A stretch of 51,305 nt of DNA from sequence record DRR723986_811; one strand, written 5' to 3'. The position numbers were made by a program, and so were the translations under genes. The number at the start of each line of letters is the position of its first letter. The stretch's first letter is position 1. Under the pieces are notes generated by a model, which had not been told where the DNA came from, searched no databases, and was given only the letters and a program-made list of their open reading frames with translations. Shown one piece after another: positions 1 through 7,383 of this stretch.

Positions 1-40
1 CCATCGCAATGGGCAGCGATCGTTTCGATTACGGCGAACA

Positions 41-813
41 CATGCCCAGCGACAGCGCCTTTTGTCTCTCGACCGGTGCTTCACCTGGCGCGGCGGCGTG
101 ATCTCACTGAGCGATTCGGAATCTCGACGGCACAGGCCGCAAACGATTTTCGGGCCTACCTGTCTCTGATCACTCAGAACACGCCGGAATATGACGCCCA
201 CCTGAAAGCCTATGTCGCAGCGCGAGATCATCAGCCGATTGCGCCTTCTTCGATGCTGGACCTATTCGGCGTTCTCGACACGACCTCGGGCGATGAGTTG
301 ACCGCTGCACTACTCCGCGAAAAGCGGTGGCTGTACCCATACGTCGCGACCGTGCTCCACGACGCCATCTCGAACCAGCGAAAAATCAGAATCGCCTACA
401 CATAGATGAGCTCTGGTGAAACCGCCTCACAATGGGTCGCGCCAACACGGTTTATCTTCGATGGCGAGAGCATTCATTTCCGGGCCCACAGCTACAAACG
501 CGGCGAGTACCGGAACTTTCATCCTGCCAGGATCGAACCGGAGAATGAGTTCCAATCAGGAGAGATCGAGGCGCCGTTGCCTCTGAATTCCGAATGGCAC
601 ACGCTGAGCATCATCTGGCTCAGGCCAAGCGCGCGGCTCAGCGCCGCGCAAGCCGCTGTTGTTCGAAGAGAGTATGGCTTCAGCGAGGATCTCCTGAAAG
701 TCGAATTGCGCAAGGCGCTCGAGTTCTATCTGGACCGGCGCTGGGGGTAGAATGAAGCGGGTGCGAGACTGGAACGCGTCCGCACGGAGTATCTTCCAAT
801 CGAAGCAGGTTGA
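41..813 (+). pseudogene. CapW/BrxR-like WYL-domain transcriptional regulator, disrupted
   Basis: The frame at 41 reads HAQRQRLLSLDRCFTWRG, then shifts frame into RRDLTERFGISTAQAANDFRAY (wHTH). IAYT*MSSG has TAG at 403-405 where Y-x-S-M-S-S is expected. The WYL core follows (APTRFIFDGESIHFRAHSYKRGEYRNFHPARI), then a second TAG at 748-750 and an open frame to TGA 811-813. The true start is unclear. Confidence 0.8.
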
Positions 814-922
814 CCAGAATATTCCCGATCAGGCATTTTATTCGAATATGGTGCGCTCTTGAAAGAAATCTTCCCGAACGGAATGCGGATACATGCTTTA
901 TGGAGCTGTATCGAAGCATCCA

Positions 923-1837
923 TTAACGCAGCAGAGTGTCCAGGCTTGTCCGCTGCGCGGCGTGCTTTTCCGGGTTCGTGTTGCGCAGTTTCAGGATGTT
1001 CTGCAGCTTCCACTGGACAGCGGGTAGGTCTGCAGCGGACGGTAATCCGATGGCGTCGAAGTCCGGTTCGCCTTCGACCAGCGTTCGCAGAAATCGTGCG
1101 GCATTGCCGGTCAGAAGGGACCGGACGTCGTCAATGAGCCTGATCCGGACTTGCTCCAGTTCAGCCACGCTGACCGCATCGACGGTCATGCCGGAAAACT
1201 CAGCCTCGAAGACCTTTTTTAACGGAGCGAGGTTCGGGTTCAGCAATTCATGCGGAGGTCGGCCGGAGCTTGCGACATAGATGAGGAAGGCCCGGAGGAG
1301 ATCATCCGTGATGCCCTCATTCTCGTAAAGCAGCTTCACATCGAACAGATCGCGCGGGTGCTGACGGTCAAGCGCGGCATGAAGCTTGCCGGCATAGAGA
1401 TCCTCGAACGCGACCAGTCTTGTCTCTGCAAACCCGAATTCATCCTCGACCGCTGGTGAGACACGTTTGGTTTCGGGCTCGAAGACCACGCCACGTGTCA
1501 CAGGGGAGGTTTCGACTTTCACGGTCGCAGACCCGCGCCGGAAAAGGACGCGGGTTGCGCCTCTGCCACCGCCTGCGATCCTGCTTGCGGTCACGCCTCG
1601 CACTTTCGAGCCTGCCGCAGCGATGCAGTCCATGGCGGCGTCGATGTCCGCAAGGGACTACACGCGGTCCCTGATCGGAAGGAAGGTCAGATCGACATCG
1701 ACCGACAGGCGCGGAAGATCACGATAGAACAGGTTGATCGCCGTGCCGCCTTTCAGGGCGAACTCTTCCTCTGCCGCTGCGGCTGGCAGAATATCAACGA
1801 GCAGCCGGACCTGATCAACATATCGCTCACGCGCCAT
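923..1837 (-). pseudogene. abiEii: AbiEii-family nucleotidyltransferase toxin (type IV TA), interrupted by an in-frame TAG at 1658-1660
   Basis: FALKGGTAINLFYRDLPRLSVDVDL and LYAGKLHAALDRQHPRDLFD motifs. ORFs 1658-1849 and 923-1633 are in the same frame, separated by one stop and 8 sense codons (SLADIDAA). Confidence 0.88.
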
Positions 1838-2624
1838 GACGAGCCTCACTTTGCGGCATCAGCTCAGGCGGCACTGAGATCGCGTAACGCGGATGAAACT
1901 GTCCCCTTTCAAAAAGGGCGCGAGGCCCCGAGCCGAGCTCGAACCGCTCGGGCGAGAGATGTCGCCGCCAGGCATGTCCATGCTTGTCGGCAAAGACGAA
2001 AAAGAGCCGCTTGACCTTGATGCTGGTGCAGGACGCCAGCAGTGTTTCCAGTCTGCGGGGGCGCGCGGAGGCGAGGCCTTCAAAGGCCGTATCGACGATA
2101 TGAACGCTCTCATGCTTCGGCAGCTCATCCAGCAGTTCGAGGATCGCGCGTTCCGGCGTTGAACATTTCAGTGGACCAGCCGGGGAGTCGACATCCGTCG
2201 TTTCCTCATCATCGTTCATGTCGAACAGTTTGGTGCTGTGCAGCCGGTAGCGGCCAGCCTCATCCAGCCGCTTGAGCCAACTCGGATGCGCATCGCCATA
2301 AAGGTGGACATCCTGAGCGCCGCGCATCGGCAGATAATGGGCGAACCCTTGCAGCTCCAGCGCGGTCCATCCGCCGACAACCGATGAATAGTCCATGACG
2401 TGCTGCAGCGAGCGCACAACGAGTTGCCAGTCTGCGCTGCGAGCGTCAGCCTGCGGACGTCGGTAAAGGCCGCGCACGACCGGTTCGAGCCAACCACTGT
2501 CTATGTATTTATGGGCGAGCATGCGCGTGATGCCATGACGCTGCAGCGTCTGCGTATCGACCAGCCGACCTGGCAGAACGGTCTCAAGCAGCCATTTTAG
2601 CTTTGTCTCGCTTTGTCGCCTCAT
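1827..2624 (-). CDS. abiEi: AbiEi-family antitoxin / transcriptional regulator (AbiEi_3-like)
   Basis: KLKWLLETVLPGRLVD...SGWLEPVVRGLY and STPERAILELLDELP...CTSIKVKRLF motifs. Lies upstream of abiEii and overlaps its start. Confidence 0.88.
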   Translation of the reverse strand: MRRQSETKLKWLLETVLPGRLVDTQTLQRHGITRMLAHKYIDSGWLEPVVRGLYRRPQADARSADWQLVVRSLQHVMDYSSVVGGWTALELQGFAHYLPMRGAQDVHLYGDAHPSWLKRLDEAGRYRLHSTKLFDMNDDEETTDVDSPAGPLKCSTPERAILELLDELPKHESVHIVDTAFEGLASARPRRLETLLASCTSIKVKRLFFVFADKHGHAWRRHLSPERFELGSGPRALFERGQFHPRYAISVPPELMPQSEARHGA

Positions 2625-2631
2625 GGGATAC

Positions 2632-2659
2632 AAAATAGACAAATTTCGAAATTTGGCAA
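2632..2659 (-). promoter_or_regulatory. Probable abiE promoter (TTGCCA-N16-TATTTT) with a perfect 16-bp palindromic operator CAAATTTCGAAATTTG (2640-2655)
   Basis: Seen directly. The -10-like hexamer ends 7 nt before the ATG and there is no Shine-Dalgarno. AbiEi proteins are known to autorepress via promoter inverted repeats. Confidence 0.65.
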
Positions 2660-2927
2660 GCTCAGGGTTTTGAATACATCGCACTTGGTAAACCCAAGGG
2701 ATACGAAATAACGGGCGATCAAAGCGCCCCAAGGACGGGCCTGTCGCCATGCCGCTGACTTGCCGCCGTTCCCACAGTCAAACCAAGAAATGTCTGAGAC
2801 GGGCACCCAAGCGCTCAGTCTTCGTTTCAATGGGAGAGAATGGTCCGGTCGAGAGGAACCAGCTCGAACCGCACCGCAACCATGAGCGCGATTCATTTGA
2901 GCGCAGAGACACGGGATCAAACAGGAA

Positions 2928-3265
2928 TGGTGCGGACGGCGGGACTCGAACCCGCACGGGGATACCCCCGACAGATTTTCTTACCAACTACGGTTTTCAC
3001 CGCCGACGCCCAGGCTGCAGAAGCAAAAGGCACCGTTTGTGGTCTGGACTATCCCTTCATCATAGTCAGCGCGCTGACCTTAGATGCTGCCCGTCTAGTC
3101 TCTACACCTTCCGGGCTTTCGCCAGGCTTGGCTCGGGATTGGCATCGGTCCGATCTGGACCCTTAGCTTTCCCCGAATTTGAGCAGTTCTACGCCCGGCA
3201 TTTCCACCGGGGCACTCAATCACATGGTTTAAGTCTGTTGTGTCTACCGATTCCACCACGTCCGC
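2928..3265 (-). tRNA. tRNA-Leu(UAA) split by a group I intron; exons 3265-3231 and 2979-2928, 87 nt spliced, CCA encoded
   Basis: The spliced sequence folds fully: acceptor GCGGACG/CGUCCGC-A-CCA, D arm GUG/CAC, anticodon arm ACAGA-CUUAAAA-UCUGU, long variable arm, T arm GCGGG-UUCGAGU-CCCGC. Confidence 0.95.
2980..3230 (-). ncRNA. Group I self-splicing intron (IC3-like, 251 nt, no ORF) between anticodon positions 34 and 35
   Basis: The 5' exon ends in U and the intron ends in G. P1 is ACUU^AA/UUGAGU with a U.G wobble at the splice site. Core elements: P (AAAUUCGGGGAA), Q (CAAUCCCGAGC), R (GUAGAGACUAGA), S (GAAGGGAUAGUCC); P7 GACUA/UAGUC; P8 hairpin GUCAGC/GCUGAC. Confidence 0.93.
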
Positions 3266-3407
3266 TTGCAAGGCCTTCTAACTGCATTGGCTCCCATTTG
3301 GCACCCAGTCTTCAGCAACTGCAAATTTTGCATTCTTCTAAGCGCCCGACAACTCCCTGTTCTTGTTTCACTTTTTTACTCGACCCCGTGCAGGCGTGTA
3401 GGGGTGA

Positions 3408-3452
3408 CAACAGATTTTAAGTCCCCTGTGTCTACCATTCCACCAAGCGCGC
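3408..3452 (-). pseudogene. 5' half of an intron-less tRNA-Leu(UAA) fused to a foreign anticodon 3' strand; probable att junction
   Basis: Minus strand reads GCGCGCT TG GTG GAATGGTAGA CAC A GGGGA CTTAAAA TCTGT TG. The stem GGGGA/TCTGT mispairs, and no complete T arm or acceptor 3' strand follows. Confidence 0.85.
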
Positions 3453-3634
3453 GAACCGTCTGGTTGCTTTTCTGGCATATACGCCCATTCCGCCACAACA
3501 CCATGTGTCATCGTGGGCAAACTGTGTATTTCCATCAGACAAAAGCGGGGGGTGAAACGCGCCGGGGTGGACTTGGCAGACCTTGCCGGGCGATGTTGCG
3601 CGGCGAGTGACGCAACCGCCCACCGGAGGAACCC

Positions 3635-4069
3635 ATGCTAAAAGCCCTGCCCTTCTTTTGGTTCCTGCTGGCGGCGCTGGGGGCAGCGGCGCAGCTGTTC
3701 GTGGCCCGCATGGCGGGCGGGGATGCCATGGGCACGATGCTGATCAGCGCCGCATCCAACGTGCTGATGACAACCATCAGCACGATCGGCATGGCGCTGG
3801 TCTATCTACTGATCCTGCGCACGCGCCCATCGCTGTCCGTCGCGATTGTCGGCTACAGCCATTTCTTCCTGGCCTGCGCCGCCTATACCGGCCAGACAAT
3901 CGGCACGCTGGAGCGCAACCGCTACCTGGCCGGGACGGGAGACATGACGTCCCTGAGCTTCGCCTACACTGCGGGCGGCCTCGCCAGCCTGCTGGCAGGC
4001 ATTGTCTTCATCCTGGCGCTGATCGTGGCGCTGAACACGCGCCACGAACGCCTTGAGGATATTTTCTAG
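3635..4069 (+). CDS. Hypothetical membrane protein
   Basis: GGAGG RBS, about four hydrophobic helices, stop overlaps the thiolase stop. Confidence 0.75.
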   Translation: MLKALPFFWFLLAALGAAAQLFVARMAGGDAMGTMLISAASNVLMTTISTIGMALVYLLILRTRPSLSVAIVGYSHFFLACAAYTGQTIGTLERNRYLAGTGDMTSLSFAYTAGGLASLLAGIVFILALIVALNTRHERLEDIF

Positions 4070-5277
4070 ACGACGCGCTCGAACACCGCCGCGAGGCCCT
4101 GCCCGCCGCCGATGCACATGGTCTCAACGCCATAGCGGGCTTCGCGGCGGTCCATCTCACGCAGCAGCGTGGTCAGGATGCGCACGCCCGTACAACCGAC
4201 CGGGTGGCCCAGCGAGATGCCGGAACCGTTGACGTTCAGGCGGGTCATGTCGTCATCGCTGAAGTTCAGCGCCTTGGTGCAGGCGAGCACCTGCGAGGCG
4301 AAAGCTTCGTTCAATTCGAACAGGTCGATGTCCTTCAGTTCCAGCCCGGCGCGTGCCATCGCTTTTTCCGAGGACGGAACGGGTCCAATGCCCATGACTT
4401 CCGGGCCGACACCGGCCACCTGCCAGGACAGCATCCGGCCAAGCGGCTTCAGGCCATAATTGTCTGCCGCTTCGCGCGTACAGACGATGCAGGCCGCCGC
4501 GCCATCGTTCTGGCCGGAAGCGTTACCTGCCGTGACAGTCGCATCCGGATCTGCCTTGCCGCGAATGGCACGAAGAGAGGAAAGTTTCTCCAGCGTGGAA
4601 TCGGCGCGGATATGCTCGTCCTTGTCCACCACCGTGTCAGCCTTGCGGCCCTTCACCGTGAACGGAATGATCTCGTCATCGAACTTGCCAGCGGCCTGCG
4701 CGGCGGCGGCCTTCTGGTGCGAGTTGTAGGCGAACTCGTCCTGTGCTTCGCGGGTGATCTGGTAGTCACGGCGGAGGTTCTCTGCCGTCTCGATCATGCC
4801 GCCCGGCACGGGGTGGTACTTGCCGCCAGCCGTGTAACGCCCGCGGGAGAGGCCATCATGCAGCATCAGGCCATCGCCCTTGATGTCCCAGCGCATATCG
4901 ATGGAGAAGAAGGGCGCATTCGACATGCTCTCTGCTCCGCCCGCGATGACGAGGTCGTTCGCGCCGGACCCGACCTGCATGATCGCATTGATCACCGCCT
5001 GCAGGCCTGAGCCGCAGCGGCGGTCGATCTGGTAGCCGCCGGTCGTCGTGGTCAGGCCTGCGTCCAAGGCCACCATCCGCCCGAAGGCCGGGGCTTCCAT
5101 GGTCGGGTAGCATTGTGCGAAAATGCAGTCTTCGACCGCCTCGGCCGGCAGGCCGGTGCGCTTCATCAGTTCACTGATGACATGACTCGCCATCTCATGG
5201 GCATGCACGGTCTTGAAGCTGCCGCCAAAGCCGCCGACCGCGGTACGTACGGGCTCGCAGATTACAACGTCTCTCAT
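4066..5277 (-). CDS. Acetyl-CoA C-acyltransferase (thiolase)
   Basis: RRCGSGLQA, NEAFA, GHPVG and CIGGGQG motifs. Confidence 0.95.
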   Translation of the reverse strand: MRDVVICEPVRTAVGGFGGSFKTVHAHEMASHVISELMKRTGLPAEAVEDCIFAQCYPTMEAPAFGRMVALDAGLTTTTGGYQIDRRCGSGLQAVINAIMQVGSGANDLVIAGGAESMSNAPFFSIDMRWDIKGDGLMLHDGLSRGRYTAGGKYHPVPGGMIETAENLRRDYQITREAQDEFAYNSHQKAAAAQAAGKFDDEIIPFTVKGRKADTVVDKDEHIRADSTLEKLSSLRAIRGKADPDATVTAGNASGQNDGAAACIVCTREAADNYGLKPLGRMLSWQVAGVGPEVMGIGPVPSSEKAMARAGLELKDIDLFELNEAFASQVLACTKALNFSDDDMTRLNVNGSGISLGHPVGCTGVRILTTLLREMDRREARYGVETMCIGGGQGLAAVFERVV

Positions 5278-5282
5278 CGGAA

Positions 5283-6065
5283 CTATCCTTGCTGGTCGCG
5301 GCCACGGGCGGTGACCTGTTTGCGGGCTTCCTCAACGGAATCGGCGGTGACGGAATTTGCGTGCTCGATCGAGCGGCGCACTTCTTCCTTCATCGCGTCA
5401 GCGAACGGCATGCCGAAGCCGTCATCGATCAGCGCCTTGTATTTCTTGAGCAGCACCGGCTGCGTATCACACATTTCATGGGCAAGCTTCATGGCTGCCG
5501 GCACGAGCTCGTCTGCCTTGTAGACGCGGTTCACGAGGCCCCAGCACTCCGACATTTCGGCATCGATGAAATTGCCGGTGAAGGAGAGTTCCTTGGCGCG
5601 GCTGATGCCGATGAGGCGCGAGAGTTTCTGCGACAGGCCCCAGCCCGGCACGATGCCGACGCGGGCATGCGTGTCAGCGAATTTCGCATTCTCGGAGGCA
5701 AGCAGCACATCGCACATCAGGGCGAGTTCAAATCCGCCGGTGATGGCAAAGCCGTTGATCGCGCCAATGATTGGCCACGGATAGGCTTCCATGGCGGCGA
5801 GGATATTGATCGCCTTGGAGTCTTCGTCTGCGCCAAGGGCGAAGCCGGTCTGGCCCGCCTCTTTCAGGTCGACGCCAGCAGTGAAGGCGCGGCCGGCGCC
5901 AGTCAACACGACGGCGCGGATCTCCGGATCGTCTTTCAGCTCCGTGAACACGCGCACGATTTCAGCGCGCAGCGCGCGGCTGAGCGCATTCAATGCGTCC
6001 GGCCGGTTGAGGGTCACAAGTGCAACGGGTCCGTCGCGCTCAACAAGAATGATGTCGTCAGCCAA
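5283..6065 (-). CDS. Enoyl-CoA hydratase/isomerase
   Basis: LNRPDALNAL, AFTAGVDL and GGFELALMCD crotonase motifs. Confidence 0.93.
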   Translation of the reverse strand: MADDIILVERDGPVALVTLNRPDALNALSRALRAEIVRVFTELKDDPEIRAVVLTGAGRAFTAGVDLKEAGQTGFALGADEDSKAINILAAMEAYPWPIIGAINGFAITGGFELALMCDVLLASENAKFADTHARVGIVPGWGLSQKLSRLIGISRAKELSFTGNFIDAEMSECWGLVNRVYKADELVPAAMKLAHEMCDTQPVLLKKYKALIDDGFGMPFADAMKEEVRRSIEHANSVTADSVEEARKQVTARGRDQQG

Positions 6066-6098
6066 GATGGCCTCCTTTGTTCGTCAGTCCGGGAATAT

Positions 6099-6587
6099 TC
6101 AGGCCTGCTTCCGGCGAAACAGGTTCACGATGGCAATGATCAGGGCAACGAGCGCAATCGCCGCAGCCAGGAATAACAGACCGAACTTCAGCGGCGTCAG
6201 CCATTCCTTGGCGTCCAGCACGTCAGCAGAGCCTTTCAGCGCCAGCGCCTGCACCGTGTTTTCGGTCAGGTCCACAATAATGGTCGCAAAGGCCGGCACG
6301 GCAGCGGCGGTGCCAAGGCTGCCGAAGAAACGCAGCGCCATTCCGGCAAGGAAGCCGCCATAGGCCAGCGGGTAAGCCGTATCGAGCAACACAGTCACCC
6401 AGAAGTGCACGTCGCGCTGCTCTGCGGTCATGCCCGCCACGATCTCGCGCGCCTGCACGGCGGAAGACGACATGTCGAGATAGGTGCCGCCGACGGCCTC
6501 GTTGAACACGCCGAATCCGGCACCGATCACGATCATCAGGACGAAAAGCGTCCAGATGACCGGTGTTCTCTTCAGGAATTGTGTCAT
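6099..6587 (-). CDS. Hypothetical membrane protein
   Basis: Four hydrophobic segments; translationally coupled to the upstream gene. Confidence 0.75.
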   Translation of the reverse strand: MTQFLKRTPVIWTLFVLMIVIGAGFGVFNEAVGGTYLDMSSSAVQAREIVAGMTAEQRDVHFWVTVLLDTAYPLAYGGFLAGMALRFFGSLGTAAAVPAFATIIVDLTENTVQALALKGSADVLDAKEWLTPLKFGLLFLAAAIALVALIIAIVNLFRRKQA

Positions 6588-7360
6588 GTATTGGCGTCCT
6601 CCAGCCGTTCGGGTCTTACGCCCGCTTGTTCGATGATCGCCGACAGTTTCGCGGCGACCTCTTCAATCAGCTCTTCATGGAGGGTGGAGGCGACGAGGTG
6701 CACGCCATTGTCGCCAACGGTCCGGAACCAGGGATAGGAGCCGAAGGAGACCTGCGGCATTTCCTTGGCCAGCGCGCCCAGCGGCTCGGCAATGTCCCCT
6801 TCCCTGAGGCCCGTGCCGCGGATCGTGATCTTGTGAACGACCGCGCCGGTTTCGAGGCGCGGGCCGATGTCTTCCAGCATGGCGCGGGCGACCTGCGGCA
6901 CGCCGGCCAGCGTGAACACATTGCCCGTCTGGAAGCCTGGCGCGCCGGACACCGGATTGGCAACGACCGACGCCCCGTGCGGGATGCGCGCCATGCGCCG
7001 GCGGGCCGGCGTGTATTCCGTGCCCATGGCCTTGTAGCGTTCGGCCAGCATGGCGGTGACTTCCGGATGCTCCGAAATGCCGACCCCGAAGGCCTTGGCA
7101 ATGGCGTCCGCCGTGATGTCGTCATGCGTCGGGCCGATCCCACCCGTGGTGAAGACATAGGTGTATTTGGCCCGCAGATCGTTCACCGCCGCAACGATTT
7201 CCTCTTCGGTATCGCCCACCGTGCGGCTTTCCCGCACCGGGATGCCGAGCGGTGCCAGATAGGTCGCGATCTGCTGGAGATTGATGTCGCGGGTACGCCC
7301 GGACAGGATTTCATCTCCGATCAGGAGGACGGCGGCGGTGGGGGAACTTCGGTCAGTCAT
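6584..7360 (-). CDS. CinA-like molybdopterin-binding domain protein
   Basis: IGDEILSGRTRDIN and GGIGPTHDDIT motifs; no PncC C-terminal domain. Confidence 0.9.
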   Translation of the reverse strand: MTDRSSPTAAVLLIGDEILSGRTRDINLQQIATYLAPLGIPVRESRTVGDTEEEIVAAVNDLRAKYTYVFTTGGIGPTHDDITADAIAKAFGVGISEHPEVTAMLAERYKAMGTEYTPARRRMARIPHGASVVANPVSGAPGFQTGNVFTLAGVPQVARAMLEDIGPRLETGAVVHKITIRGTGLREGDIAEPLGALAKEMPQVSFGSYPWFRTVGDNGVHLVASTLHEELIEEVAAKLSAIIEQAGVRPERLEDANT

Positions 7361-7383
7361 GCCATTCCATCTCCCAAGCAGCG

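Larger units (their letters stand above)
1..3421. mobile_element. Right end of a putative integrative genomic (defence) island inserted at the anticodon loop of tRNA-Leu(UAA); continues beyond the left edge
   Basis: Hybrid tRNA fragment at 3408-3452, plus typical island cargo (WYL regulator, AbiE TA). Core genes resume right of 3600. No integrase lies inside the window. Confidence 0.7.

Noticed and set aside
403-1660. Three in-frame TAG codons in adjacent island genes next to an unusual tRNA, suggesting amber recoding or suppression
   Set aside because: The spliced anticodon is UAA (reads UUA), not CUA. The WYL gene also has a frameshift, and TAG is a normal stop in many core genes here (map, rnhA, selD). 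Ordinary decay is the simpler explanation.
3068-3075. AGCGCGC(T) inside the intron as the missing 3' acceptor strand of the tRNA fragment
   Set aside because: It is part of the P8 hairpin, ~340 nt away, with no T arm or CCA; treated as coincidence.
2749-3610. ORFs 2749-3420, 2840-3166 and 3266-3610
   Set aside because: They are antisense shadows of the tRNA, intron and att region, with no recognisable domains. There is no homing endonuclease in the intron.
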